From assembly GCA_963781705.1 (NCBI GenBank), contig CAWAGP010000010.1, positions 746,767-810,766 of the forward strand: DNA of 64,000 nt, read 5' to 3'. Below, piece by piece: positions 28,155-39,161 of this stretch. This DNA is from an uncultured Chloroflexia bacterium. GTDB taxonomy: Bacteria > Chloroflexota > Limnocylindria > Limnocylindrales > CSP1-4. Positions within the stretch are counted from its first letter, which is position 1. Every line of letters begins with the position of its first letter. A program made the position numbers and the translations under genes. The notes under the pieces are model-generated. The model searched no databases and was not told where the DNA came from. It saw only the letters and a list, made by a program, of their open reading frames with translations.

Positions 28155-28263
28155 GATCCTCCCTCGCGACTCGACCGGTTGTCCGCCGGCCCGCAGCCCT
28201 CTCCAGCCCCCTCAAATGTGATCCGCGGAGGATAGTGTGTCCGCGGCCGTTTGGAGCCGCGTC

Positions 28264-29151
28264 TTACGCTGGCTTGACGCCCGCGTCGATGAGCAGTTGC
28301 GGGATCTGACTTGGCGACTGCGCGACGCGCACGCCAGCCGCCTCGAGCGCCGCGACCTTGCTCTCCGCCGTGCCGCGGCCGCCGCTGATGATCGCTCCGG
28401 CGTGGCCCATCCGCCGCCCGGGCGGTGCCGTCCGGCCGGCGATGAACGCGGCCATCGGGACGCCCTGCATGTTCTTGGCCATCCACTCGGCGGCGCGCTC
28501 CTCGGCGTCGCCGCCGATCTCACCGATGAGCACCACCGCCTCGGTCAGCGGATCGGCGCGGAAGAGCGGCAGGATGTCAATGAAATTCGAGCCCACGATC
28601 GGATCGCCACCGATGCCGACGCATGTTGACTGGCCGATGCCGGCCTCCGTCAGCGCCTCGACCACTTCATAGGTCAGCGTGCCCGAGCGGCTGACCACGC
28701 CCACGCCGCCCTGGCGGTGGATGTTGCCCGGAATGATGCCGACCTTGGCCTGTCCCGGAGAGGTTGCACCCGGGCAGTTCGGCCCGATCAGGCGCGCGCC
28801 GGCCTGCTCGACGACGGGCATCACGCGCAGCATGTCGAGCGCGGGGATGTGCTCGGTGATGCAGAAGATCGTGCCAATGCCCGCGTCGATTGCTTCGAGG
28901 ATGGCGTCCGGGGCGCCCGCCGCGGGCACGTAGATCACGCTCGTATTGGCGCCCGTTTCACGCACGGCCTGGAGACATGTGTCAAACACCGGCACGGGTC
29001 GCTCGAGGGCGAACTGGCCGCCCTTGCCGGGGGTCATGCCGGCAACGATTTGGGTGCCGTAATCCTGCATCTGCTGGGCGTGGAATGCGCCCTCACGGCC
29101 GGTGATGCCCTGAACCAACAGGCGCGTGTCGTTGTTGACAAGGATGCTCAT
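28264..29151 (-). CDS. sucD: Succinyl-CoA synthetase alpha subunit
   Basis: [22 protein letters not shown] and GHAGAII (catalytic His loop). Confidence 0.95.
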   Translation of the reverse strand: MSILVNNDTRLLVQGITGREGAFHAQQMQDYGTQIVAGMTPGKGGQFALERPVPVFDTCLQAVRETGANTSVIYVPAAGAPDAILEAIDAGIGTIFCITEHIPALDMLRVMPVVEQAGARLIGPNCPGATSPGQAKVGIIPGNIHRQGGVGVVSRSGTLTYEVVEALTEAGIGQSTCVGIGGDPIVGSNFIDILPLFRADPLTEAVVLIGEIGGDAEERAAEWMAKNMQGVPMAAFIAGRTAPPGRRMGHAGAIISGGRGTAESKVAALEAAGVRVAQSPSQIPQLLIDAGVKPA

Positions 29152-30338
29152 GCCGGCGCTCCCGCCGTCGCCACGGCCACGGCTTTCGTCACCGCCTCGT
29201 CGAGTGACTCGGCCGTCTGCAGATCGGGATCGCCGGACGCTGCCAGGATGAGCGCTGCCTCGTCCGCGTTGGTGCCCACGATACGCACCACCATGGGTAC
29301 GTGGCGCTCCTGCTGGCCGCGTGCCTCGACCAGGCCGTGGGCAACCTCGTCGCCGCGCGCGATGCCGCCGAAGATATTGACCAGGATCGCTTTCACGTGC
29401 GTGTCGGCCAGGATCAGGCTCATGGCCGCGGCGACCTTGTCGGCCTTCGCGCCGCCGCCGATGTCGAGGAAATTGGCCGGCTCGCCGCCGGCGCGCTTGA
29501 TCAGGTCCATCGTGGTCATCGCCAGCCCGGCACCGTTGACCATGCAGCCGATGTTGCCGTCGAGCCGGATGAACGACAGGCCCTGCTCGCGCGCAGTCAC
29601 GTCGACCGGATCCTCCTCCGCGACATCGCGCATCTCTTCCAGGTTCGGATGCCTGTCGAGCGCTGAGTCGTCGATGGTCACCTTGGCGTCAAGACACTGC
29701 AGCGTCTGGCGGCCGGTGCCATCCGCCGCCGGCTCGTTGACGATCGCGAGCGGATTTATCTCGACCAGGTCGGCGTCGTTATCGACCATCGTCCGAAAGA
29801 GGCCCTTGGCGATCGACACGAACTCGCGCAGGTGCGGCCCGCCCAGGCCCAGTTCGAACGCCAACTGGCGCGCCTGGAAGTCAAGCAGGCCCAGATGTGG
29901 ATGGGCATAAACGTGGCGGATTGCCTCGGGCTTGGTCGCGGCGACCTCCTCGATCTCGACGCCGCCCTCGGCCGAACCCATCAGGCGCACGCGCTTGGCG
30001 CTGCGGTCGAGCACGCACGAGAGGTAGTACTCCTTGACGATGTCGGCCGCCGGCGCGACGAGCACGCGGCGTACCGTCGTGCCCTTGATGTCCATACCCA
30101 GGATCTGGCCGGCAAACTGCTCGGCCTGCTCGGGGCTGCTCGCAAGCTTGACGCCGCCTGCCTTGCCACGGCCGCCGACCAGCACCTGTGCCTTGACGAC
30201 CACCTGCCCGCTACCGGCGGCGATGAACCGCTCGGCTGCGGCGCGCGCGTCGGCGGGGTTGTCTGCGACGGAGTAGTCGGGGACCGGGAGTCCCTGGGCC
30301 AGCAGGAGCCGCTTGGCGTGGTACTCCTGCAACTTCAC
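29148..30338 (-). CDS. sucC: Succinyl-CoA synthetase beta subunit
   Basis: [30 protein letters not shown] and [17 protein letters not shown] overlap with sucD. Confidence 0.95.
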   Translation of the reverse strand: MKLQEYHAKRLLLAQGLPVPDYSVADNPADARAAAERFIAAGSGQVVVKAQVLVGGRGKAGGVKLASSPEQAEQFAGQILGMDIKGTTVRRVLVAPAADIVKEYYLSCVLDRSAKRVRLMGSAEGGVEIEEVAATKPEAIRHVYAHPHLGLLDFQARQLAFELGLGGPHLREFVSIAKGLFRTMVDNDADLVEINPLAIVNEPAADGTGRQTLQCLDAKVTIDDSALDRHPNLEEMRDVAEEDPVDVTAREQGLSFIRLDGNIGCMVNGAGLAMTTMDLIKRAGGEPANFLDIGGGAKADKVAAAMSLILADTHVKAILVNIFGGIARGDEVAHGLVEARGQQERHVPMVVRIVGTNADEAALILAASGDPDLQTAESLDEAVTKAVAVATAGAPA

Positions 30339-30492
30339 CGCCCGATTGTAGCCACCGTGGACGGACGGTCTCCTGGTCGGCTCTGGCGCAGCTTGCGCCT
30401 CGCACTGCGGGGACTGGGCGGCGCTCAGTCGGCGGCCGTCCTACACTGAGTCTCCCGCATCGCAGGCGCTTTGACCTGCGCGAGGAGGAGCC

Positions 30493-31512
30493 GTGACCTA
30501 TTCCGTCACCCTGATCCCCGGCGATGGGATCGGCCCCGAGCTTGCTGACGCGACGGTCGGCGTGCTGGAGGCCACCGGACTCTCATTCGACTGGCACCGC
30601 GTCGACGCCGGTGAGTCGCAGATAGCGACGCAGGGCACGCCGCTACCAGATGCCGTGCTCGACTCGATCCGCGAGACCGGTTTGGCGCTCAAGGGGCCGA
30701 TAACCACGCCGGTAGGCGAGGGCTTTCGCTCCGTCAACGTCACCCTGCGCCAGACGCTCGACCTGTACGCCAACCTCCGCCCGGCGCGCTCGATCAAGGG
30801 CGTCCTGTCGCGCTACGACGATGTCGATCTGGTCATCGTGCGCGAGAACACGGAAGACCTGTACGCCGGCATCGAGCATCGCGTCGGCAAGGACGCCGCC
30901 GAAAGCATCAAGATCATCACCCGCGGCGCCTCAGAGCGCATTGCCCGCTACGCCTTCGAGTACGCCCTTGCCAATCGGCGGCACAAGGTGACCGCCGTTC
31001 ACAAGGCGAACATCATGAAGCTGTCGGATGGCCTGTTCCTCGAGAGCTGCCGGACGGTCGCCGCCGACTACGACGGCCGGATTGAGTTCGAGGATCGCAT
31101 CGTCGACAACATGTGCATGCAGCTGGTCCAGAAGCCCGAGCTGTACGACGTGCTCGTGCTGCCCAACCTGTACGGCGACATCATCAGCGACCTGTGCGCG
31201 GGACTCGTCGGCGGCCTGGGCGTGGCGCCCGGCGCGAACATCGGCGAGAAGGCCGCCGTCTTCGAGGCGGTTCACGGCTCGGCGCCGAAGTACGCGGGCA
31301 AGGATGTGGCCAATCCGACGGCGCTCATCCTGTCGGGCGCGCTCATGCTCCGCCACGTGGGTGAGACGGACGCTGCCGAGCGGGTCGAGCAGGCGGTGCG
31401 CGACGTGATCGGCGAAGGGCGGACCGTGCCGCGCGACCTTGGTGGCAACGCTGGAACGCGCGCCTTCGGTGAGGCGGTCGCCGAGCGTGTCGCGGCGGTG
31501 CCCGCCCGTTGA
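30493..31512 (+). CDS. icd: NAD-dependent isocitrate dehydrogenase (isocitrate/isopropylmalate dehydrogenase family)
   Basis: LIPGDGIGPE, NLRP, VRENTEDLYAG and NLYGDIISDL. The TCA gene context favours isocitrate over isopropylmalate. GTG start preceded by GAGGAGGAG. Confidence 0.85.
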   Translation: MTYSVTLIPGDGIGPELADATVGVLEATGLSFDWHRVDAGESQIATQGTPLPDAVLDSIRETGLALKGPITTPVGEGFRSVNVTLRQTLDLYANLRPARSIKGVLSRYDDVDLVIVRENTEDLYAGIEHRVGKDAAESIKIITRGASERIARYAFEYALANRRHKVTAVHKANIMKLSDGLFLESCRTVAADYDGRIEFEDRIVDNMCMQLVQKPELYDVLVLPNLYGDIISDLCAGLVGGLGVAPGANIGEKAAVFEAVHGSAPKYAGKDVANPTALILSGALMLRHVGETDAAERVEQAVRDVIGEGRTVPRDLGGNAGTRAFGEAVAERVAAVPAR

Positions 31513-31910
31513 GTCGGCTGCCGATGCTGCTGCGCTATCGCGGCCGCGAGGGAATGATCGCGTGGGCCTTCCACCGCATCAGCGGCGTTGCGATATTCGC
31601 GTTCGTGGTCCTGCACATCGTCGACATCTACCTCGTGGGCGGTGACCCGACCCTGTACAACGACGTGCTCACTTTCTACGCGAGCCTGCCCGGCCGCATC
31701 CTCGAGGTATTGCTCGGCGCGGCGCTGCTGTACCACGCGCTGAACGGCCTGCGCATCATCATCATCGACCTGTGGCCGGCCATGACCGTCTACCACCGCA
31801 TCTTGTGGTGGGGCTGCTGGGTCATCTTCATCTCGCTCGGCGTCCCCGGCGCGCTGATCATCATGCGGCCGGTGTGGCTGCCGTTGCTGCAGCAGTTGGG
31901 CCTCGCCTGA
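31509..31910 (+). CDS. sdhC: Succinate dehydrogenase cytochrome b subunit
   Basis: 3-TM protein with HRISGVAIFAFVVLH. TTG 31509 overlaps the icd stop; ATG 31524 is an alternative start. First gene of sdhCDAB. Confidence 0.8.
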   Translation: MSRLPMLLRYRGREGMIAWAFHRISGVAIFAFVVLHIVDIYLVGGDPTLYNDVLTFYASLPGRILEVLLGAALLYHALNGLRIIIIDLWPAMTVYHRILWWGCWVIFISLGVPGALIIMRPVWLPLLQQLGLA

Positions 31911-32350
31911 TGACCGACTCGACTGTGGCCAAGACGCCGCCGCCTGCGTCGCCGTCGCCGCAGATTTCGCCGATCAGCCGTGCGCGCGCGCGGCCCACCG
32001 GTTCGCGCCGGGAGATCCTCATCTGGTACCTGATGCGCGTCAGCGGGGTGGGCCTGTTCGTGCTCGCCCTGGCCCACTTCAGCATCCAGCACTTCATCTG
32101 GGATCCAGCCTCGGAGACGGCCGACTTCATCGCCAACCAGCGCTGGAACAACATCTTCTGGCGCGGTTTCGATTGGTTGCTGCTGATGCTCGTGCTGTTC
32201 CACGCTTTCATGGGCGTACGCACCGTCGTGCTCGACTACGTTCGCTCGCCCGAGTGGCGACCGGTCGTCTTGTGGGCGCTGTACATCCTGGGTGCGGTGC
32301 TGTTCGTCTTCGGCACCAGCGTCGTGCTGACACTGCCGTCCCCGATGTGA
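31910..32350 (+). CDS. sdhD: Succinate dehydrogenase hydrophobic membrane anchor subunit
   Basis: ATG 31910 overlaps the sdhC stop (TGATG). [16 protein letters not shown] and [14 protein letters not shown] are typical of SdhD. Confidence 0.8.
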   Translation: MTDSTVAKTPPPASPSPQISPISRARARPTGSRREILIWYLMRVSGVGLFVLALAHFSIQHFIWDPASETADFIANQRWNNIFWRGFDWLLLMLVLFHAFMGVRTVVLDYVRSPEWRPVVLWALYILGAVLFVFGTSVVLTLPSPM

Positions 32351-32363
32351 TGCGGGTGCCCAC

Positions 32364-34106
32364 GTGAACGTCACCGTGCATGAATACCCGGCCGTCATCG
32401 TCGGCGCGGGCGGTGCCGGGCTGTGGGCCGCCCTCGAACTGGCGCGCAACCACGTCAAGACCGCCGTGCTGACCAAGCTCTACCCGACCCGCTCGCATAC
32501 CGGCGCGGCTCAGGGCGGCATCTGCGCCGCGTTGGGCAACCTCGAAGAGGACAAGCCCGAGTGGCACATGTACGACACGGTCAAGGGCGGCGACTACCTG
32601 GTCGACCAGGACGCGGCCGAGATCCTGGCCAACGAGGCAATCGAGACGGTGATCGAGCTCGAGCACATGGGCCTGCCGTTCAACCGGACGCCGGAAGGCA
32701 AGATCGACCAGCGCCGTTTCGGCGGCCATACGCGCAACTTTGGCGAGGCGCCCGTACGTCGCGCCTGCTTCGCCGCCGACCGCACCGGCCACATGATCCT
32801 GCAGACGCTCTATCAGCAGTGCATCAAGCACGACGTGGAGTTCTTCGACGAATACCACGTGGTCGACGTCATCGTCGAGGACGGCGTGACGCGCGGCGTG
32901 GTCGCGTATCGCATCGCCGACGGCGAAATCCACATTTTCCGCAGCGCAGCCGTGATGTTTGCCACGGGCGGCTTTGGGCGGATGTTCCGCATCACATCGA
33001 ACGCCTACTCACTTACCGGTGACGGCGTCGCGCTCGCCTATCGCCGCGGCGTGCCGCTGGAGGACATGGAGTTCTTCCAGTTCCACCCGACCGGCATCGT
33101 GGGCATAGGCATCCTGCTGTCGGAGGCGGCGCGCGGCGAGGGCGGGATCCTGCGCAACGACCTTGGCGAGCGGTTCATGGAGCGTTATGCGCCGACGATG
33201 CTCGACCTTGCCCCGCGCGATGTCGTCAGCCGCGCCATCTACCGCGAGATCCGCGCGGGACGCGGCATCGGCGGTAAGGACTACGTCTACCTCGACCTGA
33301 CCCACCTGGGCAAGAAGGTCATCGACGAGAAGTTGCCCGACATAACCGAGTTCGCCCGTGTCTACCAGGGCGTCGAGCCGATCACCCAGCCAATCCCGAT
33401 CACGCCGACCGCGCACTATGCCATGGGCGGTATTCCCACCAACGTCGAGTCGCGCGTGGTGATCGACGAGCAGAACACGGTCCTGCCGGGAATGTATGCG
33501 GCCGGCGAGTGCGCCTGCGTGAGCGTCCACGGCGGCAATCGCCTGGGCACCAACTCGCTGCTCGACATCCTCGTCTACGGCCGGCGTGCCGGACGCTCGA
33601 TGGCTGCCGACGTGAAGGCTGCCGGCGGCGCCCTGCCCGAGGTGGCCGTCGATGCTGCCGACGAGGTGGCCGGCGAACTGGAGGCGGTGCGCACTCGCTC
33701 GCGTGGCGAGAGCGTGCATCACATCCAGGCCGAGCTGGCGACGGCGATGATGGATCACTGCGGTGTTTTTCGCACCCAGGAGAGCCTCGAAACCTTGACG
33801 CACGAGCTGCGCGAGCTGCGCGAGCGCTACCGCCGGGTGCGCATCAACGACACCGGCGCCGTGTTCAACACGGATCTGCTCGAGGCGCGCGAACTGGGCT
33901 ATCTGCTCGACTGCGCCGAGGCGACGGTGGCCGGCGCCCTGGCCCGCCAGGAGAGCCGCGGAGCGCATTACCGGGAAGACTTTCCCGAGCGCAACGACAC
34001 CGACTGGCTGAAGCACACGCTGATCTACCGCCACGAAGGTGGGCCCGACCTGCGCTACAAGCCGGTCACCATCACCAAGTTCCAGCCCAAGCCGCGGACC
34101 TACTGA
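32364..34106 (+). CDS. sdhA: Succinate dehydrogenase flavoprotein subunit
   Basis: [24 protein letters not shown] (FAD-linking His), HPTG and the C-terminal [10 protein letters not shown]. Confidence 0.96.
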   Translation: MNVTVHEYPAVIVGAGGAGLWAALELARNHVKTAVLTKLYPTRSHTGAAQGGICAALGNLEEDKPEWHMYDTVKGGDYLVDQDAAEILANEAIETVIELEHMGLPFNRTPEGKIDQRRFGGHTRNFGEAPVRRACFAADRTGHMILQTLYQQCIKHDVEFFDEYHVVDVIVEDGVTRGVVAYRIADGEIHIFRSAAVMFATGGFGRMFRITSNAYSLTGDGVALAYRRGVPLEDMEFFQFHPTGIVGIGILLSEAARGEGGILRNDLGERFMERYAPTMLDLAPRDVVSRAIYREIRAGRGIGGKDYVYLDLTHLGKKVIDEKLPDITEFARVYQGVEPITQPIPITPTAHYAMGGIPTNVESRVVIDEQNTVLPGMYAAGECACVSVHGGNRLGTNSLLDILVYGRRAGRSMAADVKAAGGALPEVAVDAADEVAGELEAVRTRSRGESVHHIQAELATAMMDHCGVFRTQESLETLTHELRELRERYRRVRINDTGAVFNTDLLEARELGYLLDCAEATVAGALARQESRGAHYREDFPERNDTDWLKHTLIYRHEGGPDLRYKPVTITKFQPKPRTY

Positions 34107-34135
34107 AGTGGCGTTTGGGTACGATCGGCTGACCC

Positions 34136-34834
34136 ATGCAAGTTGACCTGCGCATCCTGCGCTATGACCCGGAGAACGATCTCAAGGCGCATTGGGAGCG
34201 CTACTCCGTCCAGTCGGAGCCCATGGATCGTGTGCTCGATCTACTCCACCGCGTCAAGTGGGAGCACGACGGCCGGCTGACTTTCCGCCGCTCGTGCGCG
34301 CACGGCGTATGCGGCTCGGACGCGATGCTCATCAACGGCCGCAACCGGCTGGCCTGCAAGATCCGCGTCGACCAACTGGGTCGCAAGATCTCCGTCGCGC
34401 CACTGCCGGGCCTGCCGGTGATCAAGGACCTCGTGGTCGACATGGACGACTTCTTCGCCAAGTACCGCAGCGTGACGCCCTACCTCGTCAACGACGACCC
34501 GCCGCCCGAGCGCGAGCGGTTGCAGTCGCAGGCCGACCGCGAGCGCTACGACGACACCACCAAGTGCATCCTGTGCGGCGCGTGCACGTCATCCTGTCCT
34601 TCGTTCTGGGCGCAGCCGTCGTACGTCGGCCCGGCGGCCATCGTCAACGCCCATCGCTTCATCTTCGACACGCGCGATCACGGCGCGGACGAGCGCCTCG
34701 ATGTCCTTGCCAACGAGGAGGGCGTGTGGCGCTGCCGCACGATCTTCAACTGCACCGACGCGTGTCCGCGCGGCATCAACATCACGGAGGCCATCCTGCA
34801 GGTGTCGGGCGCCATCGTGGGACGGACCGTCTGA
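34136..34834 (+). CDS. sdhB: Succinate dehydrogenase iron-sulfur subunit
   Basis: FRRSCAHGVCGSDAMLING (2Fe-2S), CILCGACTSSCP (4Fe-4S) and CRTIFNCTDACP (3Fe-4S). Confidence 0.95.
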   Translation: MQVDLRILRYDPENDLKAHWERYSVQSEPMDRVLDLLHRVKWEHDGRLTFRRSCAHGVCGSDAMLINGRNRLACKIRVDQLGRKISVAPLPGLPVIKDLVVDMDDFFAKYRSVTPYLVNDDPPPERERLQSQADRERYDDTTKCILCGACTSSCPSFWAQPSYVGPAAIVNAHRFIFDTRDHGADERLDVLANEEGVWRCRTIFNCTDACPRGINITEAILQVSGAIVGRTV

Positions 34835-34851
34835 ACGAGGCTGGCACCATC

Positions 34852-35769
34852 GTGCCGCGCATCCTGATCCGGGCCGACGGTGCGGCACGCGGCAACCCCG
34901 GGCCGGCCGCCTCGGGTGCCGTCTTGATCGACTTGGCGCGCCCTGACGCGCACGACCCCGACTGTCCGCCGGTTGCCGTCATCGCCCGCCCGCTGGGCAC
35001 GCAGACCAACAACTTCGCCGAGTACACGGGCGTGATCCTGGCCCTCGAGCGCGCCCGGGATCTCGGCGCGCGCGAGGTCGAGCTGATCTTGGATTCGCAG
35101 CTGGTCGTCGAGCAGTTGTCCGGCCGCTGGAAGGTTCGCCACCCGCAGATCAAGCCACTCGCCGATCGCGCGCACCAGTTGCTGGCCGGCTTCGACAGGT
35201 GGTCGATCCAGCACGAGCGACGTGCCTCGAACCGTGCTGCTGACGCGCTGGCCAACCTCGCGCTGGACGATCCGGCGGCTGCGGCCCGCGCTGAGGCCGG
35301 CGAGCTGCCGGCATGGCAGGCGGACGGCCCGGGGCCGATCGGTAGCGCGATCCTCGGCGCCGCTTGCGCGATCTTCGATGCGCGCGGCCGCGCGCTCCTG
35401 GTGCGGCACACGTACGGCCGCCACGAATGGTCCTTGCCGGGCGGCCTGGTCGAGCCGAATGAGTCGCCGGCCGCCGCCGCTGAACGTGAACTACACGAGG
35501 AGACCGGCCTCGCACTATCGGTCGGGCCGCTGACCGGCGTCTACTTCGAGCCCGGCCACGAGTTCGGGCCTATGTTGCACTTCGTCTTCCGCTGCGACGC
35601 CAGCGGGGCACCGGCGCCGGCCGCCCAACCACCGGAGATCGATGTCCTGGGTTGGTACTTACTGGACGAGTTGCCTGCGCCCATCTCCGACTTCACCGAG
35701 CGCCGGATTCGCGACGCACTGGACGGGCGGGCGGCGTTCGCGCTGATCGAGGCGCGGAGTTGGCGCTGA
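34852..35769 (+). CDS. RNase H (type 1) domain fused to a NUDIX hydrolase domain
   Basis: N-terminal half: ADGAARGNPGPA, NNFAEY, DSQLVV and NRAADALAN, i.e. RNase HI DEDD residues. C-terminal half: GGLVEPNESPAAAAERELHEETGL, a perfect GX5EX7REUXEEXGU Nudix box. GTG 34852 was chosen as the start. Confidence 0.8.
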   Translation: MPRILIRADGAARGNPGPAASGAVLIDLARPDAHDPDCPPVAVIARPLGTQTNNFAEYTGVILALERARDLGAREVELILDSQLVVEQLSGRWKVRHPQIKPLADRAHQLLAGFDRWSIQHERRASNRAADALANLALDDPAAAARAEAGELPAWQADGPGPIGSAILGAACAIFDARGRALLVRHTYGRHEWSLPGGLVEPNESPAAAAERELHEETGLALSVGPLTGVYFEPGHEFGPMLHFVFRCDASGAPAPAAQPPEIDVLGWYLLDELPAPISDFTERRIRDALDGRAAFALIEARSWR

Positions 35770-36279
35770 CCAAGACATACGTGCACCTGGAGCCGTGGGG
35801 CGTCAACGACCTGCCGTTGCTGGGAGCGCCTGCTGGGCGTGCCGTCGATGACCGAGCACGTGGGTGGTCCGGAGAGTCCGGCCAAGTTGGCTGAGCGACA
35901 GGCCCGCTACGAGAAGGAGGGCTCGCGCCAGTTCAAGATCGTCATCGACGAGACGGGCGAAGCGGTCGGCTGGGTGGGCTATTGGTCGCGCGAATGGCGC
36001 TCCGGCCGCGCCTGGGAGATGGGCTGGTTCGTCGTACCGGAACAGCAGGGGCGCGGCATCGCCGCCACCGCGAGCAGCCAATTGATCGAGCTCGCCCGGG
36101 CCGAGGGAAGCCGCCGCTACATGCTCGCCTATCCGTCGGTGGACAACGGACCTTCGAACGCCATCGCGCGCAAGCTTGGGTTCGAGCAGCTCGGCCAGAG
36201 CGAATTCGAGTATCCGCCGGGCCACATGCTGCGCTGCAACGAGTGGCGCCTGGATCTGGGGCCGCAGACCGGGCAGTAG
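35760..36279 (+). CDS. GNAT family N-acetyltransferase, interrupted as assembled by a 1-nt frameshift at the GGG run 35822-35824
   Basis: The first frame reads (L)ALTKTYVHLEPWGVNDLPLL. The next frame continues ERLLGVPSMTEHVGGPESPAKL...GWFVVPEQQGRGIA (the Q/RxxGxG/A acetyl-CoA motif). Deleting one G joins the two. The six-frame track shows only the 3' part (35839-36279). Confidence 0.75.
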
Positions 36280-36403
36280 CGATCCACCAGGGAGACGATT
36301 GCGCACCTGTGTCGCCCAACGGTGCTCGGGCTTGTGCACGCCTTCGCTGGGTTGGTTCTGGTTTCCGATTGGCGCATAGTGCCGATGGTCGTACGCTGCG
36401 GCC

Positions 36404-39154
36404 ATGGAAAGGCCCACCCGGGAGATCATCGGGCGGCAGGACGAGCTCGCAGCGATAACGAGGTTCGTCTCGGACTCGGCTGCGTTTCCGTCTGCCCTGG
36501 TGCTCGAGGGCGAAGCTGGAATTGGCAAGACGACGCTCTGGGAGCGCGGGGTCGAACTCGCCCGCGACGGTGGGCTCAGGGTATTGGCTGCCAGGCCGAC
36601 GCAGGCCGAGCTGGAGCTGCCATACGCCTCCCTGGCCGATCTCCTCGAGGCCGTGTCAGACGACGACCTCCAACCGCTGCCGGGTCCCCAGCGCGCCTCG
36701 ATCGAATCCGTCCTCGCGCGGGCGTCGTCCGGCAGGCCCGTACATTGGCAAGCGCTCTCGAGAGGGGTCTTAGAGCTCGTGCGCAGCGCGGCGCACGACG
36801 GGCGCTTGCTCGTTGCGGTGGACGAAGCCCAATGGCTCGACCGCCCGACTGCAGCCATCCTCGCCTTCGCCCTGAGACGGGTGCCCCCCCAGCCAATACG
36901 CGTGTTCGTCACGGCCCGTTTCGACAGTCAGCCCGATGCCGTTCGGCCCGCTGTGCTCGACGAATGGAGCCCGCCAATCGAGCGCCTCCACATCAAAGCA
37001 CTCTCGACGACGGAGCTGGGCGGCCTTCTCATGTCTGCGCTCGGCGAGCATATATCTCGACCGCACCTTGAGACGCTCGCCTCCGTGTCGGGCGGCAACC
37101 CGATGTTCGCGCTTGAGCTGGCGCGCACGAGAGCGTTTGATGGCGCGACGGTAACTCTTCCATCCACGCTGGCGCGCGTCCTGATGGACCGCGTCGAGGC
37201 GCTCGACCCGCCGGCCCGACTGGCCGTGCAGGTCGCGGCGACCGCCCTGCATCCCTCCGTCGAGCTCCTGCTGCGCGCTGGCGTCGACGCGGAGGGGCTG
37301 AAATCGGCACGCCGCGCCGGCATTCTCGATTTCGATGGGTCGCGCGTTTCGTTCACCCATCCATTGCTTTCGACCGCCGCCTACGAGACCCTCTTACCGC
37401 ACGAGCGAATTGAGACGCACAGTAGGCTCGCAGCAGCGAGCGAGAACGGAATCGAGCGAGGCCATCACGTGGCCCGCTGTACAACGGCGCCCAGTGAGGG
37501 AGCCGCGCTCGTCTTGGACGAGGCGGGCGCGGAGGCCAGCGCCTTGGGCGACCATGGGGGCGCCGCGAGGTTTTTCGTGCGAGCCGCTGAGCTAACGCCT
37601 GCCCGCGACGGACCCATCGCCGCTGGGCGCGAGATTCGCGGAGCTGCAGCGCTGTCGATGGCGGGCGACACTGAAGCAGCCGCCACGCTCGCACGCGCGC
37701 TCGTCACCCGGCTGCCTCCCGGGCCTGCGCGAGCAAGAGCACGTTTGACACTGGCCTCCTCGACAGTCGGCTCGTCCCTCAGCGTGGGCGGTTTCGTCGA
37801 CGAGATTGAGCGCGCCCTAGACGATGCTGAAGGGGACGACGAGCTCATCGCCTCGCTCCACCTCGTGATCGCGGACGCACTGTCGGTCATGTTCCGACTG
37901 GAAGATGCCCGAGAACACGTGTGGGCGGCGGCCGAGCTGGCCGAACGAGATGGGCTGAATCAAATCGTCATTGCCGCCCTGGCCGAGGCCGGTTTCGAGG
38001 ACTCGATGCTCGGATATGGGGTTTCCGACAGCGCGTTGCGTGCCTTTGAGCGGTGGGACAAGACTCCCGCCTCAGCGACCGTCTACTCGCCGGGCATGGT
38101 GCTCGGCTGCGCGCGACTGCACGCGTCCGACCTCGAGGAAGCCGCCCGCCTGTTCGTCGAAGAGATTGACATTGCCGACAGACACGGGCTCGAGGCGATC
38201 GAGGCGGCCGCGCGCGCCCATCTCGCCGAGGCCCAGTTGCGATCCGGCCAGAGCGCAGCCGCACTGGCCAACGCGCGCCTTGCACTCGGGCACGCTCAGC
38301 AGGCTGCGCAACCCCAGGAGATCGGCGGCACGGCGTTCACGCTTGCCCTCGTGTATGCGGTGCTTGGAGACCACAGCGCCGCCCTTTCTCTCTCGCGCCA
38401 GTCACTCGCCACAGCCGAGGCGTCGGGCGACACCTGGTACACGATCTCACACCGCGCCGTGCTCGGGCTGGTCGCCCTGGCCGAGGGCGACGCGGCGGCG
38501 GTGATCGATGCACTCGAGCCGGCGTGGACGCTCATGCGCCAAGGCGGGCTGGGCAACCTATCGATCTTTCCCGTTCCGCACGTCCTTGCGGAGGCTTACG
38601 CCGCCGCCGGCCGGCTCGATGAGGCAAAGGCGGTGGTGCAGACGCTGCGCAACTCAAGGGCCGGCGACCGCCCTTGGTCCGTAGCCATGGCTGCGCGATG
38701 CGGGGCGCTGATCGCATCGGCCGAGGGCGACCCGGAGTCGGCCGACCGCTTGATCGAGACCGCCCTGGCGGCGCACGAGAATCTGCACGAGCCATTCGAG
38801 CTCGCACGCACGCTGCTCGTCAAAGGACAGCTTGCCCGACGTGCCAAACGCCGGGCGAATGCCCGCGACGCACTGACCAAGGCGCTCGAGATCTTCGACG
38901 CGCTCGGTGCGGCCAGATGGGCTGAGCGAGCAGCGGCCGACCTGGCGCGCGTGTCGGGCAGGGCGGCCGCGACGGGTGGTCTGACAGAGACCGAACGCCG
39001 TGTCGCCGAATGCGTCGCCGAGGGCTTATCGAACAAGGAAGTCGCTGCCCGGCTGTTCGTCAGCGTTCGCGCCGTCGAGGCCAACCTGTCGAAGATCTAC
39101 GTCAAGTTGGGCGTCCGTTCGCGAACGCAGCTCGCGAGGCGCCTGCGTAGCTGA
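36404..39154 (+). CDS. Large ATP-binding LuxR-family (LAL/MalT-like) transcriptional regulator: AAA/STAND ATPase, TPR-like repeats and a C-terminal GerE/LuxR HTH
   Basis: Walker A LEGEAGIGKTTL, a long helical repeat region, and C-terminal LTETERRVAECVAEGLSNKEVAARLFVSVRAVEANLSKIYVKLGV. Confidence 0.9.
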   Translation: MERPTREIIGRQDELAAITRFVSDSAAFPSALVLEGEAGIGKTTLWERGVELARDGGLRVLAARPTQAELELPYASLADLLEAVSDDDLQPLPGPQRASIESVLARASSGRPVHWQALSRGVLELVRSAAHDGRLLVAVDEAQWLDRPTAAILAFALRRVPPQPIRVFVTARFDSQPDAVRPAVLDEWSPPIERLHIKALSTTELGGLLMSALGEHISRPHLETLASVSGGNPMFALELARTRAFDGATVTLPSTLARVLMDRVEALDPPARLAVQVAATALHPSVELLLRAGVDAEGLKSARRAGILDFDGSRVSFTHPLLSTAAYETLLPHERIETHSRLAAASENGIERGHHVARCTTAPSEGAALVLDEAGAEASALGDHGGAARFFVRAAELTPARDGPIAAGREIRGAAALSMAGDTEAAATLARALVTRLPPGPARARARLTLASSTVGSSLSVGGFVDEIERALDDAEGDDELIASLHLVIADALSVMFRLEDAREHVWAAAELAERDGLNQIVIAALAEAGFEDSMLGYGVSDSALRAFERWDKTPASATVYSPGMVLGCARLHASDLEEAARLFVEEIDIADRHGLEAIEAAARAHLAEAQLRSGQSAAALANARLALGHAQQAAQPQEIGGTAFTLALVYAVLGDHSAALSLSRQSLATAEASGDTWYTISHRAVLGLVALAEGDAAAVIDALEPAWTLMRQGGLGNLSIFPVPHVLAEAYAAAGRLDEAKAVVQTLRNSRAGDRPWSVAMAARCGALIASAEGDPESADRLIETALAAHENLHEPFELARTLLVKGQLARRAKRRANARDALTKALEIFDALGAARWAERAAADLARVSGRAAATGGLTETERRVAECVAEGLSNKEVAARLFVSVRAVEANLSKIYVKLGVRSRTQLARRLRS

Positions 39155-39161
39155 AGCCAAT

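Noticed and set aside
29391-29399. TTTCACGTG, which resembles a canonical parS half-site
   Set aside because: The second half (CGTGT...) does not complete the TGTTNCACGTGAAACA palindrome. It lies inside sucC and is probably chance.
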